DNA from: a virus
Taxonomy: Duplodnaviria > Caudoviricetes
Virus record (IMG/VR): IMGVR_UViG_3300033075_001328
Location: 1 to 64,000 of that record
DNA length: 64,000 nucleotides
Direction: 5' to 3' (one strand)
Position 1 is the stretch's first letter; every line of letters begins with the position of its first letter. Shown one piece after another: positions 56,356-64,000 of the stretch. The notes below the pieces were generated by a model that saw nothing but the letters and a program-made list of their open reading frames with translations, was not told the origin of the DNA and did not search any database. Made by a program: the position numbers and the translations under genes.

Positions 56356-58508
56356 TTTTTCTTCCACACGTTCAAACTAGGAACAAACTGCTTGAAATCA
56401 TGCTTTTTATCAACCCTCTTTTGTACTGGCATATCGAATATAGAAGTTAAGCCATACATTGCCGATACAACCAAGTCAAAGTCATTAAAGTTGCTGTATT
56501 CCAAATCCCTAAACTGCTCTAAGGTTCTAGGAAACGGACAAGCCATGCCGCGCTTGGTTATATAGTTTATGCCGTGCCTAATCAACACAGGCTTAAACTG
56601 CTCGGTGGTATTGCTACCCGACTGCGTCCTATCCTCTTTTAGAGTTAAGCCTGTTCCCGACATCGCAAACTTACGCTTGAATTGTAGGTACTCTTCAAAG
56701 CCATGTTCCCTAAAGAATTTATCTACCACATCCACGTTAAACTCAGGGAAACACTTACAGCCGTAAAATATGCAGATTTTAAGCACATCTTCCGCAAACT
56801 CATCGGGCGTAGGCGGGCGGTGGAAATACTCTAGTACAAAGTTGTCAGTAATATTCTTTCCAGCAAAAGCATCCATTGCCTCTAACATAGGGTCATACAA
56901 AGCATATACGTGGCAAGCACCTAAGGACATTTTATCTTTATTGATAACCCTATCTGTATTTAACTTAAACGGGTCGGCACTAGCTTGGAACTTTGCGGTA
57001 TTGGAAGGGCATTGCCTGCCGTTTTTTATATATGACTGGTTTCGTTGTTCATGTAAAGGCAAATGACGTACATGGCATCGGGCACTTTTCTCTTCTGTAG
57101 GCACAAACTTTACTTTGCTGTTAAACCTAGCACCTTCCCAATCAAAATATCCAAAAGTCATAGGCTGGTCTTCGGGATAGCCGTTTACAAAGTAGTCAAG
57201 CCTTTGGTTAATTATATCTATATCAAACAAACACCCTGTATTGTTATACCTAAACGCCTCTCGAATATTGCGAGGCATCTTACGTATCAAGTCCTGTCTA
57301 TCCTTACCATTCTTGGCATTTTCAATTTCCCTGTCCACCCAAGACTTACCGCCCATGTTCCAATTCTTATCCCCTTTTCTGTTCCTCCATTCGGCTTGGT
57401 ACGGCTTAACTTCATCTACTATCGCCATCCCGTACTGGTCGAAGAACATATTTTCGTAAGAGGGTGTAAAGAAAGGAACTAAGCCCGACTTAGTTTCCCC
57501 GTACTCGTTTATCATGCCCATTTTAGGTATGCGGCAAGACCTGTCCCAAAGGTACTTAAACTTAGCCCCGCCGCCCTTTTCCATTTCTTCAACCGTGGTA
57601 GTAACAAGTGCCTTACCTATTATTTTACCGTCCAAGAATAAACAGAATTTCACCTTGTCCCACATGGCTATCGGATCGGCAGGGTCTTCATACTTACCGC
57701 TTTCATCCATACCGTACCGTTGCAATTTTTGCCCGTCATAATAAGTATGGTTCGAGTTACCGTAATCTATAAGGCAATCAAAACTCTCGGCAGGGTCGTC
57801 AGCTACCAACTCAATTTTCTTTTTAGATGCTGAACTATTTTCAAATTCAGGCTTAAAAAAGAATGGCAACCTTTTAAACGGGTTCATGACCGCCTTGGTA
57901 AAAGCCTTGGCAGCATCTACATCGCTCTTGCTCTGCAATCCCCCCTGAGTATTCGGGTTTCGTGTAATGTACTCTAGTATGATATTGCCCATAAAAAAGG
58001 TTTTACCAACCCTCCTTCGGGTAAAGTCTATGCCACCATACACAGAATCATTATCTTCTACACAAAACTTCCACCACCAATACTTCTTCATGTCCGTTTC
58101 CCTAAACTGCGGCAAACCAACGTCCATGTGGTAGTAGTTTAAGTAAAACCAATATGTGCCTGTGATATAGTACGGTGTGCCGTATATATAAACCCACTCG
58201 CCTTCTTCCCTTTTCTTCCATTGGGTTTCTATCCAAGCAGCAAGGTCTTTGTCTTTCAATACAATGTTACGGGCTTCCTCGCGAGTTATGTCTTTGTTGT
58301 TCACCTGCCTAGTAAGTAGCCATATTTTAGCAGGAATAACTTCACGTGTATAAAACTGCTGTTCTGGAGGCAGTCCATAATTTTTTATCTGCGCAAGAGG
58401 TGGCGGAGTAGGTAGTTTTATATGGTACGGCTCTATATCGTCCACATCTTCCAACAAAACCACATCGGTAATGGCCTGTTTATACCCGTACTTATTTTCT
58501 GGCTTCAA
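56352..58508 (-). CDS. terL: terminase large subunit (crAss-like)
   Basis: YITGTYWFYLNY, FTRRRVGKT Walker A, MDESGK Walker B, SADPF RNase H-like nuclease, FDLVVSAM. Confidence 0.92.
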   Translation of the reverse strand: MKPENKYGYKQAITDVVLLEDVDDIEPYHIKLPTPPPLAQIKNYGLPPEQQFYTREVIPAKIWLLTRQVNNKDITREEARNIVLKDKDLAAWIETQWKKREEGEWVYIYGTPYYITGTYWFYLNYYHMDVGLPQFRETDMKKYWWWKFCVEDNDSVYGGIDFTRRRVGKTFFMGNIILEYITRNPNTQGGLQSKSDVDAAKAFTKAVMNPFKRLPFFFKPEFENSSASKKKIELVADDPAESFDCLIDYGNSNHTYYDGQKLQRYGMDESGKYEDPADPIAMWDKVKFCLFLDGKIIGKALVTTTVEEMEKGGGAKFKYLWDRSCRIPKMGMINEYGETKSGLVPFFTPSYENMFFDQYGMAIVDEVKPYQAEWRNRKGDKNWNMGGKSWVDREIENAKNGKDRQDLIRKMPRNIREAFRYNNTGCLFDIDIINQRLDYFVNGYPEDQPMTFGYFDWEGARFNSKVKFVPTEEKSARCHVRHLPLHEQRNQSYIKNGRQCPSNTAKFQASADPFKLNTDRVINKDKMSLGACHVYALYDPMLEAMDAFAGKNITDNFVLEYFHRPPTPDEFAEDVLKICIFYGCKCFPEFNVDVVDKFFREHGFEEYLQFKRKFAMSGTGLTLKEDRTQSGSNTTEQFKPVLIRHGINYITKRGMACPFPRTLEQFRDLEYSNFNDFDLVVSAMYGLTSIFDMPVQKRVDKKHDFKQFVPSLNVWKKN

Positions 58509-59160
58509 CTTCCGCCTCCTTCTTTTTGTTGAACACTACATCTTCGGGCAGTATGTTCCTACGCTTTTCTTCTTCTAAGTATGATGCTACGAAGTTGCCT
58601 AAACCCTTGTAGTCGCGCTCGGTTATATCTACATCATTCCTAAACAACCTTATACTTATGTTGTCTATCTCAGTCTTTATGCCCTTCATTTCCTTGATAA
58701 CACCTAGCTTTATCTTGGAAATCTCAGCGGCACTCTTGCTACCTTGGCTTGCTGTTTCATCAGTAAGAGAGTTCATTACCATGTAGTACACCTCTAGGTA
58801 TTGGCATATTTCTAGCCAATCTGTACTGTTCTCAAACTTCAAGAAATGTAGCTTTAAAGAGTTAGCTACAGCATCGTTGTTTGAAATCAGTTTACCTAAT
58901 TTCACAGGGTCTTGCTTTAGCTCCCGAAGCACGTTTATTTTGCGTTGAACGATATTTTGCTCGTCCATTGCAAAGGGGCTTTTTTGGTGATACACATACA
59001 CTATGTACCGTATCAGTAAATCGCCTTTCATTAAGGTGAAATCACTCAATTTTGCTGTTGCCGTGGAAAACAGTTCTGCCAGTTCGGGAATCCTATCAAG
59101 CACGTTGTTGGTTAGCGGAATCTTGTCTATACGCCACCTCATTTTACTAAAGTCTGCCAT
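58492..59160 (-). CDS. probable terminase small subunit
   Basis: Helical 222-aa ORF overlapping terL start. Confidence 0.5.
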   Translation of the reverse strand: MADFSKMRWRIDKIPLTNNVLDRIPELAELFSTATAKLSDFTLMKGDLLIRYIVYVYHQKSPFAMDEQNIVQRKINVLRELKQDPVKLGKLISNNDAVANSLKLHFLKFENSTDWLEICQYLEVYYMVMNSLTDETASQGSKSAAEISKIKLGVIKEMKGIKTEIDNISIRLFRNDVDITERDYKGLGNFVASYLEEEKRRNILPEDVVFNKKKEAEVEARK

Positions 59161-59165
59161 AGCTC

Positions 59166-59214
59166 CAAAGTTAGAACATTTTGTTTGAAAATTAAGTTTT
59201 AGGCTTTACTTTTG
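59166..59214. promoter_or_regulatory. divergent Bacteroidota promoters (TerS / GroES-like)
   Basis: Minus TAACTTTG 59173-66; plus TTTG(59184)-N19-TACTTTTG(59207-14). Confidence 0.75.
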
Positions 59215-59219
59215 CCTTC

Positions 59220-59960
59220 ATGTCATATCTACTTAACGCCTTTTCAGAAGCAGATTACAATGCTATCAAACCAATCAATAATTACATATTGGTACGCCTG
59301 CCAGAAGATACAGGGAAGCCGATACATAAGCACAAGTCAGGGCTTCTTATCAGTTCCAACTTTTCGAGCGAGGAAACATATAGCCCGTGTTATGGAGAGG
59401 TGGTAAAAAAAGGGGCTGGCGTAGATAGACGGGTACAAGAAGGTGATACTGTTTTTTTTCATTACCTGTGCTATATCAATGCCCGCAATACAACGGAGCA
59501 ATACAACAACGGTAATTACGACCCACAAAAAAGCCTGTTTGAGTATAACGACAGGCTGTATCTATTAATGACTATTGACAATGCCTATTTCGTAAAGCGT
59601 GGCGACGAGCTTATCTCAATCAACGACCAAGTGTTGTTGCGCAGCATACCTAAGAAGCTAGAGAAGGTAGATGTTGAGCATAATGGCGAAAAGTGGTCTG
59701 TTTTAGTAGGTAATGACGAAGGGAACATCCTTACTACCTCAATAAAGGAAGCGTATAGGTTAGATGTTGCAGAAGTTATATCTGCACCAGACGACTGCAA
59801 TTTGGTAAAAGGAGATATTATTGCGCCGCCTAAAGACTGGGATGTACCGCTAGAGTACGATATGTTGGCTATACTTAAAGAGCCTGTTTATTTTTTGGAT
59901 AAGGAATACGCTTTCAACATAAAAGAGTTTGGCTTAACTAAAGAATCACTAGGTATCTAA
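59220..59960 (+). CDS. co-chaperonin GroES-like protein with two tandem domains
   Basis: IKPINNYILV..SGLLI..GEVVKKGAG..VQEGDTVFF; second LISINDQVLL..AEVI..LVKGDII. Confidence 0.7.
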   Translation: MSYLLNAFSEADYNAIKPINNYILVRLPEDTGKPIHKHKSGLLISSNFSSEETYSPCYGEVVKKGAGVDRRVQEGDTVFFHYLCYINARNTTEQYNNGNYDPQKSLFEYNDRLYLLMTIDNAYFVKRGDELISINDQVLLRSIPKKLEKVDVEHNGEKWSVLVGNDEGNILTTSIKEAYRLDVAEVISAPDDCNLVKGDIIAPPKDWDVPLEYDMLAILKEPVYFLDKEYAFNIKEFGLTKESLGI

Positions 59961-60166
59961 TGACACAAGAACACGCCCTAATCAACTTTCTTACTGCTCA
60001 GTATGCCGACGAAAACGGCAAGTGTTATTTTGCCTGCATAAAAGAGGTGCGCACAAACACAAAAATGCAACCCGTAATAAAAGATGTGATTGATACGTTC
60101 TACAAGTTAAACTATGAGAACGCTAGGGGTGTGTTTATGATGGGGATAAATGAGGTGATAGGTTAA
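59960..60166 (+). CDS. hypothetical protein
   Basis: Coupled to GroES-like stop. Confidence 0.5.
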   Translation: MTQEHALINFLTAQYADENGKCYFACIKEVRTNTKMQPVIKDVIDTFYKLNYENARGVFMMGINEVIG

Positions 60167-60558
60167 CTCTCTTTAATTTCTATATTGTATATAGCTTTCA
60201 TTAAAGCCTTTTTTATTAGGTAAACCCTTAACTTCCTAGTTACAATGCTTTTTGTGTCTTCTACAACAAGCGTTTCCCCAATGTTATACGTAAAATCAGC
60301 TATGTACTTGCATATCAAGTACCCGTTTACTTCAAGCCTATAAGTTACCTGCTTTTTAAGATTGGTTATCTCCCCTTTCTTTTCAAGCAATAGCAGTACC
60401 CCATACCTATCTGCTTCCTTCTTGCTATCGAACTTTTCCCCATCTACCCCTACTCGGACATTGTTGTACTTAGACTTCTTCTGTTTGCCTTCAAACCTGT
60501 CCTTGGCAGCCTGCTTATTACTCATTAAGGTTCGGAACTGTTCTGCGCTTAGATTCAT
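60163..60558 (-). CDS. DUF1064-family endonuclease (possible Holliday junction resolvase)
   Basis: SKYNN..VDGEKFDSKKEADRY..YIADFTY..VVEDTKS. Confidence 0.88.
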   Translation of the reverse strand: MNLSAEQFRTLMSNKQAAKDRFEGKQKKSKYNNVRVGVDGEKFDSKKEADRYGVLLLLEKKGEITNLKKQVTYRLEVNGYLICKYIADFTYNIGETLVVEDTKSIVTRKLRVYLIKKALMKAIYNIEIKES

Positions 60559-60800
60559 TACACAATTAGTTTATCTAGTTCCTTCAATACCGCCTGCCAT
60601 TTCTCTTTCGTATCGTACTCAAGACTTACTATTGCCTCTCCATTTAAATATACATCTATTCCGTAGCTACTGTTACTGTCTTTGTAAGAATGAAATGCCA
60701 AAAGATTTTTCACGTCGAAGCGCAGGTGCATCAAGCCGTTCACATACAGCGTGAATACACCCGCGTCAACCTTCGTGGTTGGATTAAATTTTTGCTTCAT
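60558..60800 (-). CDS. hypothetical protein
   Basis: Coupled ORF. Confidence 0.55.
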   Translation of the reverse strand: MKQKFNPTTKVDAGVFTLYVNGLMHLRFDVKNLLAFHSYKDSNSSYGIDVYLNGEAIVSLEYDTKEKWQAVLKELDKLIV

Positions 60801-60803
60801 AGG

Positions 60804-61085
60804 TTAGAATGGTAAAGAATCGTCCTCTTGCGACTTACTTGCACTATTCCCATTCGGCTTATAGGTATCAACCGATAGCGACAACCTGCCGTCCCTAGCT
60901 TTGGTAGCCTGCAATCGTATCTGCTTATTGCCTTGGTACTCGGTCAGGTACTGCGCACCTTCGCCCTTTAGCCACTTAACCAAATCGTTCGGGGTTATTA
61001 CTATTGTGCCCAACACGAAATCGGGGGCTTTGTCGTTCTTAGCAAACGTCCTTATCCCTTGCGGATATACTCTTTCTTCTGCCAT
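60804..61085 (-). CDS. ssb: small single-stranded DNA-binding protein
   Basis: OB-like beta pattern and acidic EDDSLPF tail. Confidence 0.7.
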   Translation of the reverse strand: MAEERVYPQGIRTFAKNDKAPDFVLGTIVITPNDLVKWLKGEGAQYLTEYQGNKQIRLQATKARDGRLSLSVDTYKPNGNSASKSQEDDSLPF

Positions 61086-61086
61086 T

Positions 61087-61554
61087 TTATTGTTGTTTTA
61101 TTCCTAACATTTTCATTGTAAATCTAAGTTCGGAACGGTTGCAGATAGTTACGCCTCTTATACTTTTCGGAACAGAGTAGTCTATCCTATTGGCATCTCT
61201 GCCTTCTGCCTCATATACGTCAATATCCACCTTGCCGTCTCCATATAGCTCAAGGTCGCAGTAAGTTAAATCTCCAAATTCTCCTATTGAAAATTGTTGC
61301 GTCGTTTCTCGTTTCCACCCTTCCGCAATAATGTCGTCGTGGTCGAGATGCTTGACGCGGACTTGACCTTTCTCCAGTTTTTCTTCAATCGTAAACGCAG
61401 GCTCCGAATTGTTTACAGATGAAAGAACTAATCTCAATGAAGAATATTTATCATAGGTAAACACAACCCATGTGCCATCTTGTAATTGTAACTCATACTC
61501 AAATCCAACACGGAACTCCGACAATTCGGGTGTATAATATCTTTTATCGCTCAT
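61087..61554 (-). CDS. hypothetical phage protein
   Basis: YYTPELSEFRVGFEYE..RVKHLDHDDII..GW. Confidence 0.65.
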   Translation of the reverse strand: MSDKRYYTPELSEFRVGFEYELQLQDGTWVVFTYDKYSSLRLVLSSVNNSEPAFTIEEKLEKGQVRVKHLDHDDIIAEGWKRETTQQFSIGEFGDLTYCDLELYGDGKVDIDVYEAEGRDANRIDYSVPKSIRGVTICNRSELRFTMKMLGIKQQ

Positions 61555-61639
61555 TGTTTATCTTTTAAATGCTTGTCCTTAACGAAATGCGCCACTGCCA
61601 TAAAATAGGAGAGTACGGTTATGGTTATTGCCAATGCCG

Positions 61640-62314
61640 TCATATCGTTTGCAGGAATTTATATAATTTGTAGTTCCATTTGGCATCGTCTAAGGCATTG
61701 TGCTCGTCGGCTTGTTTGGGGTAATTAGGATGTTTTTTAATTGCATCCAATTTGTCATTTTCTCCAAGTTCGTGCCAATCTCTTATTTTAAGAGAATAAA
61801 AGGCATCGTTATACTCACATTTCTCGTCCAAAGTCTGCTTTAAATCACGGCAGTACATAGGGAATCCTTTTGGTAAGTCAATCATCGTGCCGAATAGCGA
61901 GCAGAATACTACCCAATCGTAATCGGCATAGTAGGCGTAGAAAACTGGATTTATCCATTCAAGTCTACCTTTCGCGGTATATCCATTTTCTTGGTAAACC
62001 CTACTTCCTTCATACTCCTTAAATTCCGCTACCATGCAAAATTCCGAAATTTCATTTGCTATCTGCTTATTGCTTTTGCCTATTGGGTAAGAATCTCCTA
62101 ACTGCTTTATCACATTTTCCTTTACCCAATCGCTAGCATCGTTGTAGTTATATTCGTTGCTCACGGCATAATACTCTCGCCCGTCCTCGCAAACAATGCC
62201 AATGCTTATTAGCTGTATGCTGTGGTATGGTTTGTTGAAGTTGCCAATAGTTGGCAGCCATTTAATCGGCTTCTTAAAGCCCTCTATAAATTCGGTGTCA
62301 AAAAAGTATTTCAT
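61640..62314 (-). CDS. DEDDh 3'-5' exoribonuclease (Rv2179c-like)
   Basis: YFFDTEFIE, LISIGIV, YYADYDWV, HNALDDA. Confidence 0.9.
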   Translation of the reverse strand: MKYFFDTEFIEGFKKPIKWLPTIGNFNKPYHSIQLISIGIVCEDGREYYAVSNEYNYNDASDWVKENVIKQLGDSYPIGKSNKQIANEISEFCMVAEFKEYEGSRVYQENGYTAKGRLEWINPVFYAYYADYDWVVFCSLFGTMIDLPKGFPMYCRDLKQTLDEKCEYNDAFYSLKIRDWHELGENDKLDAIKKHPNYPKQADEHNALDDAKWNYKLYKFLQTI

Positions 62315-62410
62315 ATTTCAACTTTCATTTTTAGGAACAGGTAAAAATCAACTGCCATGAAGTACATCTTCACGAATATGCAGATTGATATGATTAGGTA
62401 TAGCATGGGG

Positions 62411-62689
62411 TTATTCTTTTACTTTTCCTGTTGTGATGTAATCGTAAATCTCCTGCGCTTTTTTAGTGTACTCAACATTATCTCCAACTACCCTTGGATA
62501 TGCGGTAACGGCTAAACCAATACAATGCTTACGCATGTGTACCGATTCGTTTATTCGGTCAAAATAAAGCTCAGAAACAATAGCATCTTTATACTCTGTA
62601 GGTAGAGTTGATAGAATATCAACAATGCTGCCTTTTGATTGCTCGTATTTTTCAAATACCGCCTTTTGTTCTTGGTTTAATTCTTCCAT
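62411..62689 (-). CDS. hypothetical protein
   Basis: Co-oriented ORF. Confidence 0.55.
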   Translation of the reverse strand: MEELNQEQKAVFEKYEQSKGSIVDILSTLPTEYKDAIVSELYFDRINESVHMRKHCIGLAVTAYPRVVGDNVEYTKKAQEIYDYITTGKVKE

Positions 62690-62717
62690 TTTATGTAGTT
62701 TGTTTGGTTAAGTAAAA

Positions 62718-62851
62718 ACTATCGGCGTTGCTTTTGTATGCCTACGAGTCGAACGTAGGAACCGTCATACTTTTATCCCCTTCCTGTTGCAACAAGTCGG
62801 GAACCTCTGCGCAGAGAAGCAGCACGGTAATTAGCCGCACCCGCCGATAGT
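62718..62851 (-). ncRNA. 134-nt structured RNA with tRNA-like T-arm
   Basis: Terminal 10-bp stem ACUAUCGGCG/CGCCGAUAGU; CCUACG-UUCGACU-CGUAGG T-arm stacked on GUAUG/CAUAC; further hairpins; U-tract follows. Confidence 0.7.
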
Positions 62852-62860
62852 GAAAGCTTT

Positions 62861-63169
62861 TTAGTTACGCCAAGTAAGAACTTTTACAGCCCACATTTGC
62901 GCGGTTTGTATCTGCCTTATAGCGTACTCTATTATTTCTCGCTCCTCAAGTGTTCTTGCACCACTCAGTCTATCGTGTAATTGGTTTATAGAGCAAGCAA
63001 ACCGATGCTTACAATCGTATACCTCATCTGTTTTACTTGGATTAAAGTCCAAGCCAACTGCACGTGCGCCATAGGTGTTTTCAATATTACCTTCCTTTAC
63101 CACACTTTGAGCAGTAGCATCTACCTCTTGTCCTAAAAATTTCCCTTGATTTTCATCTTTGTTATTCAT
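62861..63169 (-). CDS. Acb2/Tad1-like helical-hairpin protein (putative cyclic-nucleotide sponge)
   Basis: YGARAVGLDFNPS...AIRQIQTAQMWAVKVLT resembles the A..L.EASMWACRAV helix of T4 Vs.4/Acb2. Confidence 0.55.
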   Translation of the reverse strand: MNNKDENQGKFLGQEVDATAQSVVKEGNIENTYGARAVGLDFNPSKTDEVYDCKHRFACSINQLHDRLSGARTLEEREIIEYAIRQIQTAQMWAVKVLTWRN

Positions 63170-63214
63170 ATTGTTTTGTTTTTAGTTACTCTATCAGTTT
63201 TGACCTGTTATTGG

Positions 63215-63967
63215 TTAGTTACTTACTTGATTAGCCACTAGCTCATCATTAGCCTCATCGCCCCATGCTGTTATTATTAAGTATCCGCCTTTAACTTCGC
63301 ATAATACAATAGGGTCTAAATCAACTTGTCCTTTGGCTGGAGCTTCTATTTCTTTTACCTTTATTATTCGCGCATCTGTTTCTGAAAATGCAGCCTCTGA
63401 AAATAATGGCTTGATAGCTGCGATAGAAAATGGAGACACGTTGTTTCGGCTCATGCCATTTAGGCGATTCAGTAAATCCTCCATATTATGCATGGTATTT
63501 TCACCATATACAGACATATAAAAGTTATTCTCATCATACCGTCCATACTGTCTAGTCTCTTCAATTATTCTGGTCAATACATCTTCCTCATAATTAAGGT
63601 CTTTTATGTCTACCTTAAAATTCATAAGGTCGCGCACGTTCTTTTCTGGGATGTCGCCAATAAATTGTTCTAGCGGCCTTACATATAGATTATACCTTTC
63701 GCACACCCTTTCCAGTTGTGGCAGCAATATAAACTTGGCATATACTCCATACTTATGCATGTATGTTTTTACGAGATTAGAAGACCCTGCTACTCCCAAG
63801 TACAGTCTAGTGGCTATACTATTTGTAAAACCTATTCTTTCTAAGAAAGAACCCTTAGTAGCGAAATCTTTGTAGTCATGCTCTTTAGCCAAAAGCATGC
63901 TTTCCTTTTCAAGCTCTGCATGAACGTCTTTGAATGTGAGCTTTCTTGTTGCTGCAACTGTTTCCAT
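63215..63967 (-). CDS. conserved-looking hypothetical phage protein
   Basis: C-terminal DPIVL..GGYLIITAWGDEA motif. Confidence 0.65.
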   Translation of the reverse strand: METVAATRKLTFKDVHAELEKESMLLAKEHDYKDFATKGSFLERIGFTNSIATRLYLGVAGSSNLVKTYMHKYGVYAKFILLPQLERVCERYNLYVRPLEQFIGDIPEKNVRDLMNFKVDIKDLNYEEDVLTRIIEETRQYGRYDENNFYMSVYGENTMHNMEDLLNRLNGMSRNNVSPFSIAAIKPLFSEAAFSETDARIIKVKEIEAPAKGQVDLDPIVLCEVKGGYLIITAWGDEANDELVANQVSN

Positions 63968-64000
63968 TGTATTCTATTTTGGATAATTAATAAATCATGA

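Noticed and set aside
62718-62851. Calling the T-arm RNA a tRNA, tmRNA or Y RNA
   Set aside because: It has no anticodon arm or CCA, no tag ORF or pseudoknots of tmRNA length, and no Ro60/TROVE gene in the window.
1-64000. Stop-codon reassignment (TAG/TGA) as seen in some crAss-like phages
   Set aside because: All long structural genes (TerL, portal, MCP, 1721-aa muzzle) are uninterrupted under code 11, TAG and TGA serve as real stops, and no suppressor tRNA was found.
1-64000. CRISPR array, TIGR-like array or diversity-generating retroelement
   Set aside because: No regularly spaced repeat array, no reverse transcriptase and no TR/VR pair were seen.

Overview
This window is almost certainly most of the genome of a dsDNA tailed phage (podovirus-type) infecting a Bacteroidota host. 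Many intergenic regions carry the Bacteroidota sigma-70 promoter TTTG-N19/20-TAnnTTTG. The morphogenesis block (about 24-59 kb, mostly minus strand) is crAss-like in gene order and size: TerL, 825-aa portal, acidic scaffold-like protein, 457-aa MCP, three ring/adaptor proteins, 1721-aa muzzle and ejection proteins. No virion RNA polymerase, DNA polymerase, primase or helicase was recognised in the window. The early regions instead look lambdoid: RecT plus exonuclease, a replication-initiator-like gene pair, SSB, XRE regulators, four HNH nucleases, a C5 methylase, MazG-like and YopX genes. The standard genetic code reads all long genes without interruption. The best candidates for new biology are: (1) a soluble glycosyltransferase/EKNW-propeller + methyltransferase + glycosyltransferase operon between portal and terminase, a candidate virion-glycosylation system; (2) a 134-nt closed RNA with a tRNA T-arm directly downstream of an Acb2/Tad1-like gene; (3) three leaders with unrelated sequence but one kissing-loop/terminator architecture, placed before nuclease or transposase-derived genes; (4) a fibre-like protein carrying a signal peptide; (5) an initiator-like tRNA-Met lacking the three G-C anticodon-stem pairs; (6) a ferritin inside the ejection-protein module and a tandem GroES-like gene. 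All family assignments come from motif recognition by eye; no database search was run.
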